DNA of 64,000 bases from Gemmatimonas sp. (GTDB lineage Bacteria > Gemmatimonadota > Gemmatimonadetes > Gemmatimonadales > Gemmatimonadaceae), in contig OZ257156.1 in assembly GCA_965279375.1 (NCBI GenBank), forward strand, positions 5,120,001-5,184,000, given 5' to 3'. Positions 10,495 through 21,400 of this stretch are shown piece after piece. The position numbers and the translations under genes are program-made. The notes under the pieces are model-generated. The model was not told the DNA's origin and did no database searches. It was given only the letters and a program-made list of their open reading frames with translations. Within the stretch, counting starts at the first letter, position 1. Every line of letters starts with the position of its first letter.

Positions 10495-10920
10495 CTATCG
10501 ATTCCCTGACGCGTGCCTGCAGCGCTCCAATGCGGCGCGCAGGTCGTCTGGCCACGGCTGCGAGCGCTGCCCGACGTAGTCGAAGTGGACGACGACCGCC
10601 TTCCCGTCCCCGGCCAGCACGTCATTGGCAAAGATCTGCTGCCGTAGCGTGGCGCTCGACTTGCCGATCGCTTCCACCCATGATCGGACCGTCAGCTGCT
10701 CTCCGTAGAGGATCTGGCGCCGGAAGTCCACCGCGACATGCGCCAGAATGAACGCTCGCGCCGGCGCCTGCATCGCATCGAACATCGCGATGCGCGCCGT
10801 CTCGATATAGGAGACGAAGCTCACATTGTTGATGTGCCCCAGGGCGTCGGTATCGGACCAACGCATCTGGATAGGGGTGACATGCACCCGACCGTCCTTC
10901 GGCTCGGAGGACTGGCTCAT
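10495..10920 (-). CDS. Acyl-CoA thioesterase (YbgC/4HBT hotdog fold)
   Basis: RWSDTDALGHINN motif. ATG overlaps the upstream stop (ATGA). Confidence 0.9.
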   Translation of the reverse strand: MSQSSEPKDGRVHVTPIQMRWSDTDALGHINNVSFVSYIETARIAMFDAMQAPARAFILAHVAVDFRRQILYGEQLTVRSWVEAIGKSSATLRQQIFANDVLAGDGKAVVVHFDYVGQRSQPWPDDLRAALERCRHASGNR

Positions 10921-12170
10921 CGGCGGCGCGCCGTCACGAGCACCGCGATCTCGTCCGGGCGCGGATTGATGAAATCGAGTCGCACTCGACCATCTGGGAG
11001 CGTGCTGACCGTTGCCGGGATGGCGCTGTTGGTGAGGACCCAGCCGGCAGGGAGCACGACCGCATTTGCCGGCCGCCCGAACCCGCGATCCCACACGAGT
11101 TCGTCGCCCACGAGACGATAGCGCGCACTGTCGGTGTAGGTCTCGGACATACGCAGCCGCGCCGATCCTCCTGCGGTCACGGGAGCGAAGCGAAAGACGA
11201 CGGCTTCGGTGGTCGGGGTCACGTCCGTCGCGCCGACGTTGGCCTTGGTGATGGCGTCGCCCTTGAGCACATCGAATCGCAGCGATTCACCGGTGTCGAG
11301 GTTGCGCGCGGACGGATTGGAGACGCTGCTGCCGGCGCGCACGACGTTGACGTAGTAGCTCATGCCAGCGCGCGTCTCGGTGTAGTCGTGGTACAGGTCG
11401 AAGGCGTGCGTTTCAGGCTGCTGCAGAAAGTAGACGATCTCTCGCGACTGGCGCGCCCGTTCATCGAGCCGCGCGGCGACGCTGGATGGTTTGGCCGTCG
11501 CGCCGAGTGCCGCGACCGCACGCGCGCGCAGGATCAGCGGCGCCTCTGCCGGCGTAGCGTTCCAGAAGCTGATGGCGATCCGACCGTCCGACTCCTGCAG
11601 CACCTGCGACGGGTAGTTGCATGACACGAGTTCGTAGCCCTTGGGCAGCACCACCGCGTTGCGCTTGATGCCAAGCGGTCGATTGAAGACGATCTCGCTG
11701 CCCTCGACGAAGTAGCTCTTCGCGTCTTCGTAAGTCTTGTCGATCAGCACGCGCGCTTCACCGCCGTTGGCCGGCACGGGATGCGCCAGCGTCACGCGGA
11801 TGTACTGCTGCGTACTGTCCGACACGCGCACGCCGCCCGCGCGTGCGACCGCCGCTCCGACCACATCGAAGACGAGCGGCTTTCCCGTCGCGCGATCATT
11901 CACATGTTCGTCCGTCGCGATGCTGCCGGCACGAATTGGATTGAAGTAGTGCGTGGCGCCCGCCGTTGTGGCCGTGACGTCGTAGATGATGCGGAACTTG
12001 GCGGACCCGGGCGCCAGCAGTTCGTAGCGTGTGTAGGCGTCGGCTTCGGTCTGCCGCGCGGGAGTGGGCGCCTGCGCGCGCATCGTGGACGTGACGCAGA
12101 GCGTGAGCCCGAGGGCCGCGCCAGCAAGGCGCAGTCGACGTGTACGGATGGGCGTGAAGAAGCGAGACAC
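10917..12170 (-). CDS. Secreted hypothetical protein with an internally duplicated domain
   Basis: Signal peptide (RRLRLAGAALGLTLCVTSTMRA). The two halves share RxxGxxxNAVVLPxG[YW]xLxxxxxP..DGR. GTG start approximate. Confidence 0.75.
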   Translation of the reverse strand: MSRFFTPIRTRRLRLAGAALGLTLCVTSTMRAQAPTPARQTEADAYTRYELLAPGSAKFRIIYDVTATTAGATHYFNPIRAGSIATDEHVNDRATGKPLVFDVVGAAVARAGGVRVSDSTQQYIRVTLAHPVPANGGEARVLIDKTYEDAKSYFVEGSEIVFNRPLGIKRNAVVLPKGYELVSCNYPSQVLQESDGRIAISFWNATPAEAPLILRARAVAALGATAKPSSVAARLDERARQSREIVYFLQQPETHAFDLYHDYTETRAGMSYYVNVVRAGSSVSNPSARNLDTGESLRFDVLKGDAITKANVGATDVTPTTEAVVFRFAPVTAGGSARLRMSETYTDSARYRLVGDELVWDRGFGRPANAVVLPAGWVLTNSAIPATVSTLPDGRVRLDFINPRPDEIAVLVTARRR

Positions 12171-12254
12171 GGTCGTGGCCTGAGGTCGATGGCGAGCGTG
12201 ACGACGGGAAGTAACTTTTTCGGTGTGCCCCAACTTGCAGTCCGGGTTGCCGAT

Positions 12255-12275
12255 GCGAAACCATAGCGAAACCAT
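12255..12275. repeat. Tandem direct repeat GCGAAACCAT x2 (11-bp period) upstream of dinB-like gene
   Basis: gcgaaaccat-a-gcgaaaccat seen directly. Confidence 0.6.
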
Positions 12276-12291
12276 TCACCGCTGAGTCGCC

Positions 12292-12837
12292 ATGCACGCC
12301 GAAGTCGAGTCGCTGGTCACGGCCGTCAACGCAGCGCGCGACACCCTCGTCGCGTCGATTGCCGATCTGGACGATGTGCAGGGCGCATTTCGGCCTGCGG
12401 AAGGTGTCTGGTCCATCGCCGAAAACCTCGAGCATCTCTGCCTCGCTGAGTTGTCAGGTATCACGAAGATCAGTGCGGCGGCATCGCAGTATCGACGGGG
12501 CGCGCGCTGGACCGATGCACTACCCAACGCCGGTCGCTCCGCGAGGGAGATCATCGCGGCGACGTGGACGGAACGGGTCGACGCACCGTCAATCGTCGTG
12601 CCGAACATCGGCGGTCCGTTGAGCGTGTGGGTCTCCACGTTCCGGGCGCTCGGCGGCGTGTTGCGCGAGGTCTGCGTCACCTTGGACGGGCTGCCGCTCG
12701 ACGAGATCATCTACCCGCACATCTTTTCCGGTCCGATGAGCGCGCGACAGCGTCTCGATTTTCTCCGTGTGCACATGGAGCGCCATCAGGCGCAGATGGC
12801 GCGTGTACAGCAGGATCCCCATTTCCCGAGCGCGTGA
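12292..12837 (+). CDS. DinB/YfiT-family protein
   Basis: WSIAENLEHL and HMERHQAQM His motifs. Confidence 0.85.
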   Translation: MHAEVESLVTAVNAARDTLVASIADLDDVQGAFRPAEGVWSIAENLEHLCLAELSGITKISAAASQYRRGARWTDALPNAGRSAREIIAATWTERVDAPSIVVPNIGGPLSVWVSTFRALGGVLREVCVTLDGLPLDEIIYPHIFSGPMSARQRLDFLRVHMERHQAQMARVQQDPHFPSA

Positions 12838-13916
12838 TGCGACGACTTCGCGTTGACGTGACGGCGCGTCCCCAACGGCGCCTGTCCAACTGGTTCTTCC
12901 TTCTGGTCGCGCCATTCCTGCTGCTGGGCAACGTCGAACTCGTTGCGGCGCAGCAGGGACCTGCAAGGTTCGTGGTAACGTCCGCTGCAGCTGGTGCGCG
13001 ATGGTACAAGGGGAATACGCACACCCACACCACCAACAGCGATGGCGACACGCCACCCGAGGCAGTCGCGCGCTGGTACAAGGCGCACGGCTACGCCTTT
13101 CTGGTGCTGAGCGATCACAACGTATTCACCGATCCGAAAACGCTCGCATCGCTGATGGACTCCACGTACCTGCTGCTGCCGGGCGAGGAGGTCACGACCG
13201 GCTTTCAGAAGGCGGCGGTGCACGTGAATGCGCTTGCGGTCACGCGCGTCATTGCTGCGCCCAAAGACTCCACGCTACTGGGCACCGTACAGAAAACGGT
13301 CGATGCGATTCGTGCGGAAAACGCCATTCCGCACATCAATCACCCAAACTTTCTCTGGAGCGTCGACACGGCCACGCTCTTTCGCATGCGCAATGACAAG
13401 CTACTCGAGATCTTCAACGGGCACCCGACGGTGCACAATCTTGGTGGCGGCGACTGGCCGGGAATGGAGGAGGCGTGGGACGCACTCCTGACGCGCGGCA
13501 GGCCGCTGTACGGCATCGCCGTGGACGACGCGCACCACTTTCAGGGCGAGTTTGCGGCAGCGCGTGCGAATCCAGGGCGCGGCTGGGTGGTGGTGAAGGC
13601 GCCGGCACTCGAGACGCGCGCCATCGTCACGGCGATGGAGGCCGGCCAGTTCTACGCCAGCACCGGCCCCATTCTCGACGATGTCGTGACCACTGATCAG
13701 ACGCTACAGGTGCGCATCACGCGGCGCGGCGACTTCAAGTACACCACGCAATTCATCGGCGCCAACGGCACCGTGCTCGCGACCGACAAGTCGCTGACGC
13801 CCACATATCGTCTCAAGGGCAACGAGACCTACGTGCGCGCGAAAGTAATCGAGTCCGGCGGCGCGGCCGCGTGGGTGCAGCCGGTGTTTACGACGCGCTA
13901 CGGGGAGACGAAGTAG
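12837..13916 (+). CDS. PHP-domain metallohydrolase (CehA/McbA-like), probably exported
   Basis: WYKGNTHTHTTNSDG, SDHN, GEE, INHP and DDAH motifs plus an N-terminal hydrophobic segment. ATG overlaps the dinB stop. Confidence 0.85.
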   Translation: MRRLRVDVTARPQRRLSNWFFLLVAPFLLLGNVELVAAQQGPARFVVTSAAAGARWYKGNTHTHTTNSDGDTPPEAVARWYKAHGYAFLVLSDHNVFTDPKTLASLMDSTYLLLPGEEVTTGFQKAAVHVNALAVTRVIAAPKDSTLLGTVQKTVDAIRAENAIPHINHPNFLWSVDTATLFRMRNDKLLEIFNGHPTVHNLGGGDWPGMEEAWDALLTRGRPLYGIAVDDAHHFQGEFAAARANPGRGWVVVKAPALETRAIVTAMEAGQFYASTGPILDDVVTTDQTLQVRITRRGDFKYTTQFIGANGTVLATDKSLTPTYRLKGNETYVRAKVIESGGAAAWVQPVFTTRYGETK

Positions 13917-15144
13917 CGCTCGAATTGGCCGCAGCCGCGCCAACGCCGGCTGCGCGTCCAGTCGCCCACGACCACAAGAAGTTGTAGCCGCCGATCGGAC
14001 CGAACGCATCGAGTACTTCGCCACACAGGAACAGTCCTGAGTGGCGTTTGCTTTCCATGGTGCGCGGATCGATTTCCGCGAGGGACACGCCGCCGCCCAT
14101 CACCTCGGCCTTCTTGTAGCCTTCATCGCCGCTCCACGGCAATTCGCCGCGCACGAGCACGTCGATGAGCCGCAACCGCTCGTCGCGACGCAACTCGGTC
14201 AGCGGGCGATGCACATCGACATCGGCCATCTCGAGTAATACGGTCGCCAGCCGGTCGGGGAGTTCGTTGCGCAGTGCACCCGTCACGGTGCGCGCACCAT
14301 GCGGCTTGAGCGCGGCCTCCCACTCGGCCTCACCCAACGCCGTCCACTGCACCGTCATGCGCGCTGGTGACGTGCGCTCGTTGCGTGCGCGCACCAGTAC
14401 ATGCGACACGTTCAGCGCCGCCGGCCCGCTGTATCCCTGATGCGTGAAGAGAAATCCGCCGGTGTGCGTGGCGCTGCGCTCGGCAGACTTTGCGGAGAGC
14501 GTGACCGGCAGCGACACACCCGAGAGCGCGGCGAGCGCGGGCGAACTGCCAGTGATCGGCGTGAGTGCAGCGTACGTTCGATGAATCGTGTGACCCAAGG
14601 CTTCAAGCACGCGCAGTCCGAAACCGTCGCTGCCCGTGTTGGGCACCGAGAGTCCGCCGGTCGCGATGATCACGCGGTCGCACGTGAGGGGCGCCGCACC
14701 CTCGCGCTCGACCACCCAGCCTTGTGGCGTCGGTCGCACGCCCGTGACGAGCGTGTCCATTCGAATCTGCACGCCTTTGGATCGCGCGTGCGCCAGCAGG
14801 CCATCGCGCACGTCGCGCGCGCGGTGCGAGGCGGGAAAGACCTTGAGCGACTCCGTCTCTTCCGCAAGCGGAATGCCCAACTCCTGCTCGAAGAACTGGC
14901 GCTGCTGTGCGAGCGGCCACGAGCGTACGATCTTGCGGAGCGTATTTGGCGACGAGTCCGTGACGAATCGCGACTCGTCCACGCGCAGCGGAAGCACATT
15001 GCACCGTCCGCCGCCGCTGATCAGAATCTTTCGACCACCGTCCCGCGTGCGTTCGAGCAGTATCGTTTCTGCGCCCGCGTCGGCCGCGAAGATCGCGGCC
15101 ATGGACCCTGCGGCACCTGCGCCGATGACGATGACTCGTGGCAT
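13888..15144 (-). CDS. HI0933/BaiN/YhiN-family flavoprotein
   Basis: GAGAAG, KILISGGGRCN, ATGGLS.P..GSDG, LFTH.G.SGP, GGV and GE..D..G..GGYN. Confidence 0.93.
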   Translation of the reverse strand: MPRVIVIGAGAAGSMAAIFAADAGAETILLERTRDGGRKILISGGGRCNVLPLRVDESRFVTDSSPNTLRKIVRSWPLAQQRQFFEQELGIPLAEETESLKVFPASHRARDVRDGLLAHARSKGVQIRMDTLVTGVRPTPQGWVVEREGAAPLTCDRVIIATGGLSVPNTGSDGFGLRVLEALGHTIHRTYAALTPITGSSPALAALSGVSLPVTLSAKSAERSATHTGGFLFTHQGYSGPAALNVSHVLVRARNERTSPARMTVQWTALGEAEWEAALKPHGARTVTGALRNELPDRLATVLLEMADVDVHRPLTELRRDERLRLIDVLVRGELPWSGDEGYKKAEVMGGGVSLAEIDPRTMESKRHSGLFLCGEVLDAFGPIGGYNFLWSWATGRAAGVGAAAANSSATSSPRSAS

Positions 15145-15255
15145 GACTGGAAGTGTAGATTGCTGAAGGAACCTTCAGGCTGAAAGGTAGCGGGCTGCGA
15201 CGCGCACGACACTGCTCGACGATGCTACCACACGAAACTGCAACGGAGACTTCGC

Positions 15256-16281
15256 ATGCATGTGGGGATGATCGGTCTCGGTCGGATGGGCGCGAACATG
15301 GTGCGCCGCTTCATGCGTGGCGGCCACACCTGTGTGGTGCATGATCTCTCGGCGGACGCGATTCGCCAGATGGCGTCCGAGGGCGCGGTGCCCGGCGAGA
15401 CGCTCGAGACCTTCGTTGCCGCGCTGCCGACACCGCGCGTCGTGTGGATCATGGTGCCGGCGGCGGTGGTGCAGCCTACGCTCGACAAGCTGCTGCCGCA
15501 CCTCGAGGCGGGAGACATCGTCATCGACGGTGGCAACAGCTACTACCGCGACGACATCGATCGCGCCAAGGTGCTCTCGACCCGCGGCCTGCACTACGTG
15601 GACTGCGGAACGAGCGGTGGTGTCTTTGGACTGGAGCGCGGCTACTGCCTCATGATCGGTGGCGAGGTCGAGACCGTGCAACGACTGACGCCGCTCTTCG
15701 CAACACTGGCGCCGGGTGAAGGTACCGTACCGCTCACTCCGGGCCGCGCGCCCGCGGACGCCTCCGAGAGTTCGAGCAAGGGATACTTGCACTGCGGCCC
15801 GCATGGTGCCGGTCATTTCGTGAAGATGGTGCACAACGGCATCGAGTACGGCATGATGGCCGCCTTTGCCGAGGGACTCAACATTCTCAAGCACGCCAAC
15901 ATCGGCAAGCGCGATCACGCGGCCGACGCGGAAACGTCGCCGCTCAGGAATCCCGAGTACTACCAGTACGACTTCGATCTACCCGCCATCACCGACGTGT
16001 GGCGTCGTGGCAGTGTGATCACGTCGTGGCTGCTCGACCTGACCGCCGCCGCACTTGCACGCGATGAAGCGTTGTCGCAGTTCAGCGGACACGTGTCCGA
16101 CTCCGGCGAAGGACGTTGGACGATTCAGGCGGCCGTGGACGAAGCGGTACCGGCCCACGTGCTCACGGCCGCGCTCTACGAGCGCTTTGGCTCGCGCGGC
16201 GAAGACGAGTTCCAGAATCGCGTCCTCTCGGCGATGCGCTTCGGATTTGGTGGACACCTCGAACCGAAGCGCGCCGAATGA
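15256..16281 (+). CDS. gnd: 6-phosphogluconate dehydrogenase, decarboxylating, short GntZ/YqeC type
   Basis: [51 protein letters not shown]. Confidence 0.95.
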   Translation: MHVGMIGLGRMGANMVRRFMRGGHTCVVHDLSADAIRQMASEGAVPGETLETFVAALPTPRVVWIMVPAAVVQPTLDKLLPHLEAGDIVIDGGNSYYRDDIDRAKVLSTRGLHYVDCGTSGGVFGLERGYCLMIGGEVETVQRLTPLFATLAPGEGTVPLTPGRAPADASESSSKGYLHCGPHGAGHFVKMVHNGIEYGMMAAFAEGLNILKHANIGKRDHAADAETSPLRNPEYYQYDFDLPAITDVWRRGSVITSWLLDLTAAALARDEALSQFSGHVSDSGEGRWTIQAAVDEAVPAHVLTAALYERFGSRGEDEFQNRVLSAMRFGFGGHLEPKRAE

Positions 16282-17651
16282 CTCCCCCGCACTCCGACGC
16301 GATGGTCTTCTTTGGCGGCACGGGCGACCTTGCGCGAAAGAAGATCTACCCAGCGCTGCTCGCGCTCTCGCGCCGCGGCAGACTCACGATGCCGGTCATC
16401 GTCATCGCGCGCTCCGGCTGGTCGGTGGAATTGCTGCGCGAACGAGTACAACACGAACTGGAACAGCGCGGCAAAGTGGATGCGACAGCACTCGCCAACC
16501 TGCTGGCGCGACTGGTCTATCTCGAGGGCGACTACAGCGATCCGAACACATACACGGCGCTGCGAACGACGCTCGGCGATGCCAAGCATCCGATTCACTA
16601 CTTGGCGATCCCGCCGGACATGTTCGCGACGGTCGCCGCTGGACTCGGCGCGTCGGGCTGCGCAACCAACGCGCGCATCGTCGTCGAGAAGCCGTTCGGA
16701 CGTGATTCCGCGTCGGCTCGGCGACTCAATGCAACGCTGCACGAAGTCTTCGCCGAAGAGAACATCTTTCGCATCGATCACTTCCTCGGCAAGGAAGCGG
16801 TGCAGAACCTGCTAGTTTTTCGCTTCGCCAACACGCTGTTCGAGCCGATCTGGAACAACCAGTTCATCGACAGCGTGCAGATCACTATGGCGGAATCGTT
16901 TGGTGTTGGGAGTCGCGGCAAGTTCTACGAAGAGGCCGGTGCGATTCGCGACGTGATTCAAAATCACCTGTTGGAGATCCTCGGCTTCCTCACCATCGAG
17001 GCGCCACGCACTGGCGGCACCAGCGACCTGAGCGACGAGCAGGCGCGGCTCTTCGCCAACGTGCGCACGCTCACCACCGACGATGTCGTGCGCGGACAGT
17101 GTCGCCAGTACCTCGACGAGAAGGGGGTTCCCGCGGGTTCCACCGTCGAGACGTATGCGGCGGTTCGACTCCACATCGATTCGCCGGGCTGGCAGGGCGT
17201 GCCATTTCTGATTCGCGCTGGCAAGTACCTCGCGGTGAGCGCCACCGAGGTCCTCGTCACGCTCAAGCCGCCCACGCATCACGCGCTGCACGGCGACACG
17301 CCAAACTATCTCCGATTCCGACTGGGGCCCGACGTAAAGATCACCATCGGCGCGCGTGTGAAGAAGCCGGGAGAAACGCTCGACTCGGAGCCAGTGGAGT
17401 TCGTGGTGATGCATCACCCCGACAGCAACGAGCTCGATGCGTACGAGCGACTGCTTGGTGATGCCATGGAGGGCGATCAAATGCTCTTCGCGCGCGAGGA
17501 TTTCGTGCAGGCCGCCTGGCGCATCGTCGACCCGGTACTCGGCGATGCAACGCCGGCCTTCTCCTACGAGGATGGCCAGTGGGGACCGCGCGAGGCCGAA
17601 CGTCTCGCGGTTGAGGCTGGCGGGTGGCATAACCCCGACGGGCCAACGTGA
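16278..17651 (+). CDS. zwf: Glucose-6-phosphate 1-dehydrogenase
   Basis: [43 protein letters not shown] coupling to gnd. Confidence 0.95.
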   Translation: MTPPHSDAMVFFGGTGDLARKKIYPALLALSRRGRLTMPVIVIARSGWSVELLRERVQHELEQRGKVDATALANLLARLVYLEGDYSDPNTYTALRTTLGDAKHPIHYLAIPPDMFATVAAGLGASGCATNARIVVEKPFGRDSASARRLNATLHEVFAEENIFRIDHFLGKEAVQNLLVFRFANTLFEPIWNNQFIDSVQITMAESFGVGSRGKFYEEAGAIRDVIQNHLLEILGFLTIEAPRTGGTSDLSDEQARLFANVRTLTTDDVVRGQCRQYLDEKGVPAGSTVETYAAVRLHIDSPGWQGVPFLIRAGKYLAVSATEVLVTLKPPTHHALHGDTPNYLRFRLGPDVKITIGARVKKPGETLDSEPVEFVVMHHPDSNELDAYERLLGDAMEGDQMLFAREDFVQAAWRIVDPVLGDATPAFSYEDGQWGPREAERLAVEAGGWHNPDGPT

Positions 17652-18451
17652 GCGAGCTTCCCGTAGGTGCGCGGGCTCCGTTCACCGCGCACGAGCTTCG
17701 ACAGTTCGACGACGCCGCATCACTCGCGCTCGCGGTAGCCAACGCGGTCGTCGTACACGCAGAGCGGGCAATTGCCGACCACGGGCGTTTTGTGTTGGCG
17801 CTGTCCGGCGGTACCACACCAGCCCTGCTGTACGATCATCTGGCAAGCGCACCATTCGCGTCGCGTATCGACTGGACGCGCACGCATGTCTGTTGGGGCG
17901 ACGAGCGTTGTGTCCCGCCGAATGACGCGAGAAGCAACTATCGCATGGCGCGTGAGCGACTGCTCGACCACGTGCCGATTCCGGCGTCGCATGTCCATCG
18001 TATTCGTGGCGAGCAACCCGCTGCGGACGGTGCCCGTTCGTATGAAGCTGAGCTGCGAACGCTTTTCGAAACGTCGCATGGGCCACCCCGCACGGGTGCG
18101 CGCGAACGCTTCGATCTCGTGCTCCTCGGGCTGGGAGCAGACGGTCATACGGCGTCGCTGTTTCCCGGTGGCGATGCCCTGCTCGAGTTGGAGCGCTGGG
18201 TCGTGGCGGCCGAAGCGCCTGCTGCGTACGCCGCCGCATCGGGCGCCTGGCGCGTGACGCTCACGCTGCCGTTGATCAACGCCGCCGCGAGCGTGATGGT
18301 CCTCGCCGCAGGTGCCGACAAGTCGCACGTGCTACAACAAGTACTCACACAGCCACCTGACACCGATGCGCTGCCCGCGCAGCGCGTGTCGCCAACTGAC
18401 GGCCAAATGCTGTGGCTCGTTGACCGAGCGGCCGGAGCGCGCCTCGGCTAG
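17648..18451 (+). CDS. pgl: 6-phosphogluconolactonase
   Basis: [42 protein letters not shown]. Confidence 0.95.
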   Translation: MSELPVGARAPFTAHELRQFDDAASLALAVANAVVVHAERAIADHGRFVLALSGGTTPALLYDHLASAPFASRIDWTRTHVCWGDERCVPPNDARSNYRMARERLLDHVPIPASHVHRIRGEQPAADGARSYEAELRTLFETSHGPPRTGARERFDLVLLGLGADGHTASLFPGGDALLELERWVVAAEAPAAYAAASGAWRVTLTLPLINAAASVMVLAAGADKSHVLQQVLTQPPDTDALPAQRVSPTDGQMLWLVDRAAGARLG

Positions 18452-21400
18452 GTGCGCGTGGCGGGTTCAATCGAGACGACATGGCGCTCGCCGTCGTCTA
18501 CGAGCGGAATCACATCGTCGGAACGCAACACGCCATCGATCGTGACCCTACCCCCGGACCGTCGCACTGCGGCCGGATCGATGACCGAAATCTCGTACGT
18601 ACTCGCGCCGAATCGATACGCGATGTCATAGCGCGGCCACGCATCCGGCACGCACGGAGCTACGCGTAACGTGCTGCCGACTTTGGTGAAGCCGAGCAGT
18701 TGCTCGAGGCCCACGCGGTACATCCAGCTCGCACTGCCGGTGTACCAGGTCCATCCACCGCGCCCGAGTTGGCCAGCGGCCGTATAGACATCCGCGGCCA
18801 CGACATACGGCTCGACCCGATAGCGGGCCACACCGTCCGCCGAGTCGGTGTGCGTCAGCGGGTTGATCATCTGGAACAGTTCGAACGCGCGGTCGCCGTT
18901 CCCCTGCATGGCGGTCGCCATCACGGCCCAGAGTGCTGCATGCGTGTACTGCGCGCCGTTCTCGCGCACGCCGGGGAGATAGCCCTTGATGTATCCCGGA
19001 TCGTGCGTGCCCCGATCGAACGGCGGTGTCAGCAGCATGATGATACCGGCATCGTCGCGCACCAGCTCCGACTGCAAAGACTGCATCGCCAGCGACTGAC
19101 GTGCTGGCAGGCCGGCGCCGGAGATGACACTCCAGCTCTGCGCGATCGAGTCGATGCGACACTCGTCGCTGCTCGCCGAACCGATCGGCGTTCCGTCGTC
19201 GTAGAAGGCGCGCCGGTACCACTGACCATCCCACGCGTTGGCTTCGATGGCGACCACGTAGGCGTCGGCAAGAGCACGAAGCTGCGCCGACTCAGGGGCA
19301 TCGTGCCTGGCATCCGCGTACACAGCGAATCCGCGCAGCGTGGTGACCAGAAACCATGCCAACCACACGCTCTCGCCCGTGCCGCCGGCACCAACGAGAC
19401 TCATGCCGTCGTTCCAGTCGCCGGAACCGATGAGCGGCAGCCCATGCGTTCCTACGGTGCAGGCACGTCGCAGGGCACGCAGGCAGTGTTCGTACACACT
19501 AGCGTGCTCGTCCGATACCGTGGGCAGGTCGTACAGTTCGTGCTCGCCCGGCTTGAGTACGCGCATGTTGAGAAAGGGCACATACTCATCCAACACGGCT
19601 GCGTCGCCTGTCACCCGAACGTACTGGTCCACCACGTACGGCAACCACGCCAGATCGTCGGAGAATCGCGTGCGTACCCCACGTCCGCTGTGCGCATGCC
19701 ACCAGTGCTGCACATCGCCTTCGGGAAACTGCCGTGCGGCCGCGCGAAGCAGATGCGCACGTGCCAGACCCGGCTCGGCGTACACGAACGCCAGCACATC
19801 CTGCAGCTGATCGCGAAATCCATAGGCGCCACCGCTTTGATACAGCCCCATGCGCGCCCACATGCGCGATGACAAGGCCTGATACAGCGTCCACTTGTTG
19901 AGCATCGTGTCGAACGCGGGGTCGGGCGTGGCAACGCTGATCACGCTCAATCGTGCATTCCACTCCGCCGCCGAGTGCTCCACGGTCGCCTGCGCGGACG
20001 CGACCGGCTTCAACCGCGCGATGAGCCGCTGTGCATCGGCCTCCGTGCGCGCGGCACCCAGCAGAATGCTCATCTCCCGATGTTCACCGGGCGCCAGCAG
20101 AACGCGCCACTGAAGTGCGCCGCACGGATCGAGCCCCACCCCGGATCGCCCGTCCAGCGCGTCGAGGCCGAGCGCACGTGGATCACCAAGGTGTCCATCG
20201 CGTCCAATGAACGAGAGTCGGTCGCAAGAATAGGAAACAACGGGCTCACTCGTGGCCAAAAACGACGCCCACGCAGTGAAACGTTCATCGAAGTGATTCT
20301 GCGCAATGACGGCCTGTGAGTCGTCTGCATAGCGCGTGTACACCTGATGCTGCGTGTCTTCTCGCCGCGCGCCGAGCGCCCATTCCGCGTACGCCGTCAC
20401 GGTGATCTGTCGCGGACGATCGGTGGTGTTGGTCAGCGTCAGCAGCGACACCTTGACGGCCGCATCGCTGGGCATCGCCATCTCCAGCTTGGAGACGATC
20501 CCGTCGTGCACGTGCTCGAATGTCGAGCGACCCGCACCATGACGCACGCGGTACTGACCGGCGGTCGGAACGGGCGCAGGCGTGGCGCTCCAGAGCACAT
20601 CCGACTCATCGTCGCGCAGATACAACACATCGGTACACGGATCGGAGACAGGATCGTTGTGCCATGGAGTCACGCGATAGAAGTATGCGTTCTCGGCCCA
20701 CATGCAGCCAGCGCCGCGTTCTGACACCAGAAAGCCGCCATGTGGATTGGCGATGACGTTCGCCCACGGTGCTGGCGGCAGACGCGTGGCGTCGATGGTC
20801 ATCACGTAGTCGTTACTCCCGTCCACTCCACCGATGCCGTTGCCGAATCGCAGCGTGCTCTCGTCCACACTCAACGCGGTCGGGGAATCGTGCGCGCGCA
20901 AGCGCCCGCTGCGCGGAATGAGTGGCAGCACCAACGGGCGCAATACGGACACCAGCGACGCGAGCGCACTGCGCTCGCCGGGCAGCGCCGGGATCGGGAG
21001 ACCGCGCACACGCCGCAGCGCGATGTGATCGCCGACGTCTCGTTGCGCCAGCTGCGCACTGTCGGCGGCGGCGAGCACCCGTCCGACGGTCCGGCCGTCG
21101 CACGCGATCTCGACACGCGCAGTCGCCGAGAGCATGAGGTAGTCGTCCGCTGTGAAGGCCTCGCGCCGGCGGATGTGCACGCCACCCGGGAGATCCACGT
21201 GTGTCGCGTCATCCGCCGCGATCATCGACTCGACGATCGCATCCCGCAGCTCCTGGAGGTAGTCGTAGGAGTGCGTGTTCACGATCACGAGATCGACGGC
21301 CAAGCCGCGACGGCGCCAGAAGCGGTGCGCCGCGAAGAGATCGCGCAGTGTCTGCAGTCCATCAAGCGAGTCGATGACTGCCAAGACGATTGGCAGATCG

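Noticed and set aside
12195..12255. c-di-GMP-I riboswitch suggested by GCAGTCCGGGTTGCCGA
   Set aside because: The 5' GGCAAA / GAAA tetraloop / GACGCAAA elements are absent.
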